From Candidatus Micrarchaeota archaeon (GTDB taxonomy: Archaea > Micrarchaeota > Micrarchaeia > Norongarragalinales > SBBD01): a stretch of DNA of 13,875 bases. Both the position numbers and the translations under genes were made by a program. The stretch spans positions 75,123-88,997 of the forward strand of contig JBBSVW010000073.1 in assembly GCA_038046605.1 (NCBI GenBank). Direction: 5' to 3'. This document shows positions 7,483 through 13,875 of this stretch, piece by piece. Every line of letters starts with the position of its first letter. The first letter of the stretch is position 1. The notes beneath the pieces were generated by a model. The model did no database searches. It was not told where the DNA came from and saw nothing but the letters and a program-made list of their open reading frames with translations.

Positions 7483-9282
7483 ATGCCTAAGCACGCATCG
7501 GATTTGGAGGGCAAATTGAAGGGGGCAATTCTTGCTGCCGCCAAATCATCAACTGGGGTTATCATTGGCGTTAGCGATATTGAGCTAACCTCCCCAAAAG
7601 GGGGATCAAACGCTGACCTATCATGCCCGGTCAGTTTCAGGCTGGCCTCAAAGCTTGGGAAATCCCCGCATGAAATAGCGCAGTCCCTTACGGATAGTTT
7701 AAGCAGGAAAAAATCCCCCGATTTCCAAATTCTTCCCCCCCAAAACGGTTTCCTTAATTTTTCCTATTCAAATTCCCAGCTCCATAAATTTCTCTCCTTG
7801 CCTCTCAAGGAGGGAAAAAATTTCGGCAAGGGCAATGCGGGGAAAAAGCAAAAGGCAATTGTTGAGTTCTCCTCCCCAAACATCGGAAAGCCCATGCATA
7901 TTGGCCATATTCGATCAACCATACTTGGCGATAGCCTGGCAAAAGTGCTTGCCGCAAGCGGCTACAAGGCAATTTCCTCCAATTACCTATGCGAAGCAGG
8001 CCTTCAGACAGCCAAGCTCCTCCTTGCAATCAAGCTCTTCAAAACAAGGAAGATCTCCTCTGAAAAGGACCTGCTTGCGCTTTATGTTGAGATCCACAGG
8101 CAAATGGAATCAAACCCTGAGCTGGAAAAGCAGGCGCAGGAACTCGTTTTGAAGATGGAAACCGGTGATCCGGCAACACTTAGGGAGCTTACGCGGGTAA
8201 GGAAGCTTTCGACACAGCCCTTCAACCGCAATTACGCCCTCCTTGGCATAAAATTCGATGAGGAGGTGTATGATTCGGATTATGTGAAGGATGGGAAGGC
8301 AATGGTGGATTTGGCAATTGAAAAAGGCGTTGCAAAGCGCGACACTAACGGCGAAGTGTTTGCGGATTTGGAGGAAAGATTCAAGCAGCCAAACCTCATC
8401 ATCCTGCGCTCGAATGGGACGACGCTTTATTCCACGCGCGACCTGGGCCTTGCCAGGAGGCAATTTTCAAAATACAAATTTGACCGGAGAATCTATGTCA
8501 CCGCCTCCGAGCAGAACACGCATTTCAGGCAGGTGTTTGCGATATTAAGGGCGCTAGGGGAGCCGTATGCAGATAGGCTATTCCATATAGGTTTTGGCCT
8601 GATCTCACTTGAGGAGGGCAAGCTATCCACAAGGGAAGGGAGGGTGCTTTTGCTTGAAGACGTCATTAATGAGTCCATTTCGCTTGCTTTGGATGAGGTT
8701 AAAAAACGCCAGCAATACTCGGATGAAGCCGCATCTGAAATTGCCCGGATTGTGGGTATTGCTTCCCTGAAGTACTCCATCCTCAAAATCTCATCCGAAA
8801 AGGACATCAAATTCTCGATGCGGGACGCGGTGAAGTTCGATGGGAATACGGCCGCATACCTTCAATACACGTGCGTTAGGGCAAGGAACATACAAAAGAA
8901 GGCGCTGGATGAAAAATATGCCGTTGCGGGAGCTAGTGAAGGAAAGGTCGAACAATCCAAATCAAGCTCCAAAAGCAATATTCGCCAATCCAAATCAAAT
9001 GCCAATTATCCCTTCAATGCCGATGAAAAGAAGCTCATCCTGCTCATTTCGCAATTCCCGCAAACCCTCGAGCACGCCGCCCGCAACCTTTCGCCCTACA
9101 TCATCTGCGACTTCCTCTTCAGGCTCGCGCTGCAGTTTTCCTCATTCTATGACACCTGCCCGGTCCTGAAGGCGCAATCATCAGCTGCTAGGGAAATGCG
9201 GCTCCAAATCGTTAGGGCAACGGAAACGGTGATGCAAAACGGGCTTGCCCTCCTGGGGATTGAGGTTCCGGAGAGGATGTAA
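7483..9282 (+). CDS. argS: Arginine--tRNA ligase
   Basis: 599 aa. VEFSSPNIGKPMHIGHIRSTILGD (HIGH), RSNGTTLYSTRDL, KLSTREG (KMSKS-like), GNTAAYLQY, and C-terminal GLALLGIEVPERM. Confidence 0.97.
   Translation: MPKHASDLEGKLKGAILAAAKSSTGVIIGVSDIELTSPKGGSNADLSCPVSFRLASKLGKSPHEIAQSLTDSLSRKKSPDFQILPPQNGFLNFSYSNSQLHKFLSLPLKEGKNFGKGNAGKKQKAIVEFSSPNIGKPMHIGHIRSTILGDSLAKVLAASGYKAISSNYLCEAGLQTAKLLLAIKLFKTRKISSEKDLLALYVEIHRQMESNPELEKQAQELVLKMETGDPATLRELTRVRKLSTQPFNRNYALLGIKFDEEVYDSDYVKDGKAMVDLAIEKGVAKRDTNGEVFADLEERFKQPNLIILRSNGTTLYSTRDLGLARRQFSKYKFDRRIYVTASEQNTHFRQVFAILRALGEPYADRLFHIGFGLISLEEGKLSTREGRVLLLEDVINESISLALDEVKKRQQYSDEAASEIARIVGIASLKYSILKISSEKDIKFSMRDAVKFDGNTAAYLQYTCVRARNIQKKALDEKYAVAGASEGKVEQSKSSSKSNIRQSKSNANYPFNADEKKLILLISQFPQTLEHAARNLSPYIICDFLFRLALQFSSFYDTCPVLKAQSSAAREMRLQIVRATETVMQNGLALLGIEVPERM
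8953..8998 (+). repeat. 13-nt direct repeat CAATCCAAATCAA (two copies, 33 nt apart) inside argS
   Basis: Copies at 8953-8965 and 8986-8998 are in frame, and each encodes QSKS. Confidence 0.75.
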
Positions 9283-9365
9283 GGGAGCTTGCAAATCGAA
9301 TATGAGGGGGGCAAACAATACATCCAGCTGGCGCTCGCAATTGAAATTTCTTCTCGCTTAGGCCC

Positions 9366-9644
9366 TCACTTCGAAACCGTGATGTCCATGCTCGAAACCC
9401 TGCTCATGCGGCCATCGTCCGATTTTAGTTCTTCCGTTGCAATTTCAACGTTTTTTATCTGCATGGAGGACATGAACCGGTTCTTGACAATGAGCGCAAT
9501 GTCAACTGCCATGCTGATGCTCCTTCCCCTTGCCTTGATATGTATCTCGTTTGCCCCCTGGTTGAACTGTGAAACCACCGCCAAAACATAGGCCATGGTT
9601 TCCTTTTTTCCCACGTAGATAATGTTCCTATCGCCCTCCATCAT
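9366..9644 (-). CDS. albA: DNA/RNA-binding protein Alba
   Basis: 92 aa. IYVGKK…YVLAV, IKARGRSISMAVDIA and VSSMDI motifs. SD-like GAGGGG at 9651-9656 on the minus strand. Confidence 0.95.
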   Translation of the reverse strand: MMEGDRNIIYVGKKETMAYVLAVVSQFNQGANEIHIKARGRSISMAVDIALIVKNRFMSSMQIKNVEIATEELKSDDGRMSRVSSMDITVSK

Positions 9645-9800
9645 GTGTATCCCCTCGTTGTGTAGTCGAATTCGCTGGTTTTAGAGGTTATAGCTATGCC
9701 CCCCTTTCTATATATTTTTTTCTATATTGGAAACATGGGTAAAACTAATCGTTTTGAAAAAATATTGGGAGCGGAAATAATATGCCCGGAATTGCAATCG

Positions 9801-10295
9801 TTAACCCAACAATTGCGAATCAAACTTCCCTTCGGCAATTTCCTTAATCACTTCCCTTGGGTCCTTCCCCTCAACCGTGATTCCCATGCTCTTGCACGTG
9901 CCGGTAATTTCCTTCACCTGCGCTTTTAGGGTTTTTGAGAGCATCGCATCCTTCTTCATGCCGGCAATTACGGCTATCTGCGCAACCGTGATGTTCCCGA
10001 TAATGCGCTTTCCCTTGGCGCCCGATTCCTCCTTCACATTTTCGGTGATGCCAAGCTCCTTTTTTAGGAGGGCTGAAACCGGCGGCGTGCCAACAATTAC
10101 CTCGAATTCCTTTGAATCCGTGTCGACTATGACTTTAACCGGAACTTGCATCCCCCTGAATGCCGCAGTTTTCTCGTTGATAAGTGCAAGCACCTTCTGG
10201 ATGTTGACCTTGGCTGCCCCAAGCGCGGGTCCAAGAGGCGGGCCAGCACTTGCCTTCCCCCCTTCAACCATTGCCGGAACTGTCAGTTTTCCCAT
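9801..10295 (-). CDS. rpl11: 50S ribosomal protein L11 (uL11)
   Basis: VEGGKASAGPPLGPALG, GMQVPVKV, PPVSALLKKELG and GTCKSMGITVEG. Start placed at ATG 10295 because the ORF-track GTG (10304) is part of an AGGTG SD motif. Confidence 0.96.
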   Translation of the reverse strand: MGKLTVPAMVEGGKASAGPPLGPALGAAKVNIQKVLALINEKTAAFRGMQVPVKVIVDTDSKEFEVIVGTPPVSALLKKELGITENVKEESGAKGKRIIGNITVAQIAVIAGMKKDAMLSKTLKAQVKEITGTCKSMGITVEGKDPREVIKEIAEGKFDSQLLG

Positions 10296-10398
10296 ATTCA
10301 ACACCTTTGGATGATTTTCGTTATGATTGATTATTTTGGGTAGTGGATCAGAAGCGGTGTCCCCCCCAAACCATCAAATTCAGCACAAACTTCAATTA

Positions 10399-10833
10399 TT
10401 ATTGCTGCAGAACTTTTACCGTATTGATCTTGATTGTAACCGGGATTGGAACGGCGACCTCCACCAGTTCGACGATTACCTCCTCCTTTTCCTTTTGTAT
10501 CTTTACAACTTTGGCCTTTTCTCCCTTGAATGGGCCCGATGTGATTTCAATCATCTGGCCTACTTCAAGCAAAATCTCCTGCGGCTTGCTTTCGAGCATA
10601 TCCTTCAAATCCTCGATTTGCATCGTGCGGTGGAGCATGCTCTTCACATGGGGGACGTTGGTGATCAGCCGCTTTGCCTCCACCTCGTTTTCCGCCTCCG
10701 CAATGAGGTAGCCCTTGAGGTAGGGTGAAACAACTATCGTTTTGACCGGCATCTTGTTCTTCTTGACCTTTTCGTACAACAGGTCCGCTACTATGTTTTC
10801 CTGCCCTGATGTGACCCTAAAAGCATACAGCAT
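10399..10833 (-). CDS. spt5: Transcription elongation factor Spt5 (archaeal NusG)
   Basis: NGN domain (YAFRVTSGQE…LKGYLIAEA) plus KOW domain (GQMIEITSGPFKGEKAKV…PIPVTI). Start placed at ATG 10833, downstream of an AGGTG SD that overlaps the secE stop. The alternative start is GTG 10842. Confidence 0.96.
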   Translation of the reverse strand: MLYAFRVTSGQENIVADLLYEKVKKNKMPVKTIVVSPYLKGYLIAEAENEVEAKRLITNVPHVKSMLHRTMQIEDLKDMLESKPQEILLEVGQMIEITSGPFKGEKAKVVKIQKEKEEVIVELVEVAVPIPVTIKINTVKVLQQ

Positions 10834-10842
10834 ACTACCCAC

Positions 10843-11025
10843 CTAAATTCCCCGGAATAAACTTGCTATTGTGTGCATAAGAAAGCCAATTGCGCCAACC
10901 ACCCCGATCCCAACGGCGGTGCTAACTGCAATCTGGCGGAATTCAACTCCCCCGGGCTTATGCGTGACATTCAAAACCCGCTGGCTTTGCGAAATGAAAT
11001 CGTTAATTGTTGCCATCAAGGTCAT
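10843..11025 (-). CDS. secE: Protein translocase subunit SecE / Sec61 gamma
   Basis: 60 aa. RVLNVTHKP…EF motif followed by a single TM (GIGVVGAIGFLM). Conserved position immediately upstream of spt5. Confidence 0.92.
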   Translation of the reverse strand: MTLMATINDFISQSQRVLNVTHKPGGVEFRQIAVSTAVGIGVVGAIGFLMHTIASLFRGI

Positions 11026-11174
11026 GTTCTCAACCCCCTAAGTTTCCCCGTCATAGCGCAAAATAAAGGTCGAAAAAACAAAAGCGCAAAGAAAGGAAAA
11101 TAAGTGCAATCTTTGGGGGAATGAAGGTTTTTAACCCTTTTTAGGCACCCGAAGCCATCCCTAGGAGCGTATAT

Positions 11175-11196
11175 TAATATCGGTCACCGGATATTA
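11175..11196. promoter_or_regulatory. Imperfect palindrome, candidate operator
   Basis: TAATAT-CGGT-C-ACCG-G-ATATTA has 10-bp arms with one extra base. It ends 12 nt before TTTAAATA in the divergent secE / module intergenic region. Confidence 0.5.
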
Positions 11197-11200
11197 CTGC

Positions 11201-11223
11201 CCCAAAGGTTTAAATATATATTA
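11201..11223 (+). promoter_or_regulatory. Putative BRE/TATA promoter for the three-gene module
   Basis: CCCAAAGG-TTTAAATATATA (TATA box at 11209-11216) lies just upstream of ATG 11233, with no SD. The spacing is somewhat short, and the AT tract could also act on the minus strand. Confidence 0.55.
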
Positions 11224-11232
11224 AGTGATAAT

Positions 11233-11481
11233 ATGATATATCCCCAATGGCAAGGCAAAGATATATTGCCAACCAAATCGGCCTCAAGGGAAATAGTTGA
11301 TGAGAACATACCAATTCATACGCTTGTAGATGTTTTGGAAAGCGGCTATGACTGCGAAAGGAGCAGGCGAAAGCCGGAAATTCACGAGCGTTGCAAGCGG
11401 TACGGCAAGATTGTAATTAAGGTGGTCGTTGCCGATATGGGGGATCATTTTCGTGTAGTTCACGTAGGGAAGTTCCGGTGA
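11233..11481 (+). CDS. Small basic protein, DUF4258/RelE-BrnT-like; putative toxin
   Basis: 82 aa. Pattern ILPTKSASRE…IPIHTLVDVLESG…IKVVVAD…FRVVHV resembles the DUF4258 layout (helix pair, then a small beta sheet). First gene of a tightly spaced operon and upstream of an antitoxin-like gene. Confidence 0.6.
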   Translation: MIYPQWQGKDILPTKSASREIVDENIPIHTLVDVLESGYDCERSRRKPEIHERCKRYGKIVIKVVVADMGDHFRVVHVGKFR

Positions 11482-11485
11482 AATT

Positions 11486-11803
11486 ATGAAAAAAGAATAT
11501 ACCTGCATTTGCGGCAAGAAGATGAAGGAGACGGAGCTGGAGTTTGAGGGCTTCATTGTTAAAGGATGGAAGTGCGATAATTGCGGCGAGGAGCTGCTGG
11601 ACCCGCTTGCAGTCGAGAAGATCAGGGAAATGAAAAATTCACTCGTAGTGAAAGTGCGGGAAGTGGGCAAATCCATAGTAGTAACAATTCCCTACATCCT
11701 GAAGGATCTCGCGGGCTTGCACGAAGGCGAAAAGATCGCCTGGAGGATAGAAAACGGGGAACTTGTGCTCGGAAAGAGCCTGCTGAAAAGGGCAATGGTA
11801 TAA
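11486..11803 (+). CDS. YgiT/MqsA-type zinc ribbon fused to an AbrB/MazE/SpoVT DNA-binding domain; putative antitoxin
   Basis: 105 aa. N-terminal CICG-x-M…GWKCDNCGEELLD (CxC…CxxCGE). C-terminal KVREVGKSIVVTIP…LAGLHEGEKIAWRIENGELVL is a typical AbrB/MazE signature. Confidence 0.8.
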   Translation: MKKEYTCICGKKMKETELEFEGFIVKGWKCDNCGEELLDPLAVEKIREMKNSLVVKVREVGKSIVVTIPYILKDLAGLHEGEKIAWRIENGELVLGKSLLKRAMV

Positions 11804-11821
11804 TGCACGGAGCTGGTTGAC

Positions 11822-12199
11822 GTGAAAGTCTTTGAGATCGAAATAAAATCCCCAAAAGAAGTCGGAAGGGAAGCTGATGCCGCAGCGAAAGCAATAAAGG
11901 AAGGAAAGTACTTGGAGCCCACAAGCAAAATAGTGGTTTCCAGCCTTGAAATACTAAGTAAAATCCTCACTTCCGAAAGAATCCGGATGTTGCAAGTGAT
12001 TCGGGCAAACAATCCCTCCTCTATCTACGGGCTTGCGCAACTGATGGGAAAGGACCGCCGCAATGTCCTTAGGGAGCTGCGTTATTTGCATGGAATGCAT
12101 CTAGTGAAAGTGCGCAAGGAGGCAAAAAGCCATTCGCCAAGGCGCAACATTGTCCCCTATGTTGATTTCTCGAAAATTGTTGTGGGGATACCGATTTGA
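11822..12199 (+). CDS. Winged-helix DNA-binding protein (COG4190 / HVO_A0114-like)
   Basis: 125 aa, GTG start. SSLEILSKILTSERIRMLQVIRANNPSSIYGLAQLMGKDRRNVLRELRYL…LV…PYVDFSKIVVGI matches this family's pattern. Confidence 0.78.
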   Translation: MKVFEIEIKSPKEVGREADAAAKAIKEGKYLEPTSKIVVSSLEILSKILTSERIRMLQVIRANNPSSIYGLAQLMGKDRRNVLRELRYLHGMHLVKVRKEAKSHSPRRNIVPYVDFSKIVVGIPI

Positions 12200-12202
12200 G
12201 AA

Positions 12203-12877
12203 TTATTGGATATCGCATGCATCTGTGCATGTTTGGGTTGCCTTCTGGGCTGAAACGGAAATCGAGATGCAATAAAATGGGGGCGTTGCCCTTTGTTCAT
12301 TCCCGCATATAACTGAATAAGCCTCTACCTTTTCGTTGGCAGTTATTTTCGAATTGGAAACCTCTAGCTTTTTCCCCTCCCCGCAAAGAGATTCGTCATT
12401 GCAGATGAACCATACCTCGTTTTTGGAGATTGGCAAACTATTTACCACCTCCTGCGTAAAATAACTCCTGCCTTTCTCGAAGCAAACTTGTTTTGGCGAG
12501 GTTACTCCATAGCCCTTCCCATTAATATCTCTAAGTCCCGAATCGAAAATGTTTAACGCTGAATTTGTTTTTATGGAATGAGATGTGATGCCATTGAGTA
12601 GCAGCATTATAATAAAACAAACGATATTGACGGCATAAATTGTCTTAGCATCAAATGGATGGCCCTTCCAAACGATTAGCAAACCGATCCAGAAGAATAA
12701 GGGTAAAATGCTAAAGAAAATAGGGGGTGAAAAATTTGGAGGTCCTTCACATGACCCCGAAATAGGCGGAGCTGAGATCGTTGCAAAAATTATAGAAAAT
12801 ACAACGAATAGAGGTAAATAGAGAATAACTGCCGCTAAAAAACTTAGTGCGCCCTTTTCAATTTGTGGAATTTCCAT
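12203..12877 (-). CDS. Hypothetical membrane protein (three TM helices plus a Cys-rich C-terminal domain)
   Basis: 224 aa with three hydrophobic segments in the first ~100 aa and 7 Cys in the C-terminal soluble domain. Starts 4 nt after the ftsZ stop, with GAGG upstream. Confidence 0.75.
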   Translation of the reverse strand: MEIPQIEKGALSFLAAVILYLPLFVVFSIIFATISAPPISGSCEGPPNFSPPIFFSILPLFFWIGLLIVWKGHPFDAKTIYAVNIVCFIIMLLLNGITSHSIKTNSALNIFDSGLRDINGKGYGVTSPKQVCFEKGRSYFTQEVVNSLPISKNEVWFICNDESLCGEGKKLEVSNSKITANEKVEAYSVICGNEQRATPPFYCISISVSAQKATQTCTDACDIQ

Positions 12878-12881
12878 TTCC

Positions 12882-13874
12882 TCACGTTATGAACTCCAAA
12901 TTTATGCTCTCCTCAATCTGCTCAGCTGGCGCTTTCAATTGCTGGGCAGCGAAAACGCCATCCTCCTTCATCCCTGCAAGCACCGCAAGCACACGTACTT
13001 CTCCGCCGGAGAGCGATTTGTCAATCGTGGCGCCCCAGATGATGTGGGCATCCTTGGAAATCTTGTTGCTGATTGCATTGACCGCAGCTTCCGCTTCGCC
13101 AAGCGTCAAATCCTCCCCTCCCATGATGTTTATTAGCGCCCTACTGGCCTGAGAAACATTCACATCAATTAAAGGCGATTTCAATGATTTTTCAGCTGCA
13201 AGCACAACGCGGTTCTTGTCCCTGACATTTGCCGTCTCCCCAAGCCCGATCATTGCAATGCCCGAATCGGAAATAATCGTACGCACGTCCGCAAAATCCA
13301 AATTCACAAGGCCTGGGCGCGTGATTAATTCCGTAATCCCCTTTACCGCATTAGTCAGTACCATATCCGCCGCCTTGAATGCCGCATTCAAAGGCAAATC
13401 CGGCACATAAAATAGCAATTTGTCATTTGGGATGGCAATTGTGGTATCCGCAACCTCCCGCAATTTGCGCAATCCATCCATGGCGTTCTCATTCCTCTTT
13501 GTCCCTTCGGAGGTAAATGGCATTGTGCAAATCCCAATTACAAGCGCTCCCGCTTCCTTTGCGGCCTTTGCAATCACATGGGCCGAGCCAGTCCCCGTCC
13601 CTCCGCCCATTCCGCACGTCACAAAAACCAAGTTTGCATCCTGCAAGAGCATCCTGATTTCGGATTCGCTTTCACGTGCGGCTGCCTCGCCTACTTCCGG
13701 GTTGCTTCCAGCTCCCAGGCCCCTTGTTTTCTTCTTCCCCAAAAGCACTTTTTTTCCCGCCCTGATCTTCAAAAGGTGCTGGGCATCCGTGTTCATGGCA
13801 ATTATGCTGGCGCCATATATTCCAATATCCTGCATCCGGTTGACCGTGTTGCAGCCAGAACCCCCTGTGCCGAC
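12882..13874 (-). CDS. ftsZ: Cell division protein FtsZ (5' end outside the window)
   Basis: The frame is open past the window edge (…VGTGGSGCNTVNRMQDIG…). NTDAQHL, TRGLGAGSNPEVG, GMGGGTGTG tubulin signature, NLDFADV (T7 loop) and IIWGA. The ORF-track Met at 13835 is internal. Confidence 0.97.
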   Translation of the reverse strand, partial: VGTGGSGCNTVNRMQDIGIYGASIIAMNTDAQHLLKIRAGKKVLLGKKKTRGLGAGSNPEVGEAAARESESEIRMLLQDANLVFVTCGMGGGTGTGSAHVIAKAAKEAGALVIGICTMPFTSEGTKRNENAMDGLRKLREVADTTIAIPNDKLLFYVPDLPLNAAFKAADMVLTNAVKGITELITRPGLVNLDFADVRTIISDSGIAMIGLGETANVRDKNRVVLAAEKSLKSPLIDVNVSQASRALINIMGGEDLTLGEAEAAVNAISNKISKDAHIIWGATIDKSLSGGEVRVLAVLAGMKEDGVFAAQQLKAPAEQIEESINLEFIT

Positions 13875-13875
13875 A

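Noticed and set aside
9289-10728. Plus-strand ORFs 9289-9591, 9696-9929, 9877-10314, 10327-10728 and 10343-10711
   Set aside because: Antisense to alba, rpl11 and spt5, with no independent evidence of coding.
61-11173. Recurrent GCTCCT/AGGAGC hexamer in several intergenic regions (66-71, 3465-3470, 7388-7393, 11163-11168)
   Set aside because: Too short, with no consistent position or orientation. It cannot be distinguished from chance without genome-wide statistics.
11284-12272. Minus-strand and alternative-frame ORFs over the three-gene module (11284-11676, 11581-11820, 11622-11924, 11692-12012, 12069-12272)
   Set aside because: The + strand frames carry recognisable domains and operon-like spacing, whereas these have no motifs.
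11026-12881. Calling the ftsZ-secE insert a mobile element or prophage remnant
   Set aside because: No transposase, integrase, terminal inverted repeats, att-like direct repeats or tRNA target were found.
13833-13835. ORF-track start of ftsZ at 13835
   Set aside because: The frame continues upstream through the conserved GxGGxGxN motif to the window edge, so the real start lies outside the window.

Overview
Archaeal chromosomal window. The gene content and protein styles fit a DPANN archaeon such as Micrarchaeota, but this is inference only. The left part is a protein N-glycosylation locus: three minus-strand glycosyltransferases (GT2, GT4 and a GT9/heptosyltransferase-like enzyme) are transcribed divergently from an oligosaccharyltransferase (aglB/STT3) and a GlcNAc-1-phosphate transferase (AglH/DPAGT1-like). 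argS follows. The right part is the minus-strand housekeeping run ftsZ (5'-truncated) - secE - spt5 - rpl11 - alba. About 1.85 kb separates ftsZ from secE. It holds a Cys-rich 3-TM membrane protein coupled to ftsZ and an opposite-strand three-gene module: a DUF4258/RelE-like small protein, a Zn-ribbon + AbrB/MazE fusion and a COG4190-like wHTH protein, preceded by a palindrome and a TATA box. The most interesting items are this putative tripartite toxin-antitoxin/regulatory module, the GT9 enzyme beside aglB, and the apparently non-canonical AglB active-site motifs. No tRNA, rRNA, CRISPR array, transposase or integrase was recognised. All family assignments come from motif recognition by eye; no searches were run.
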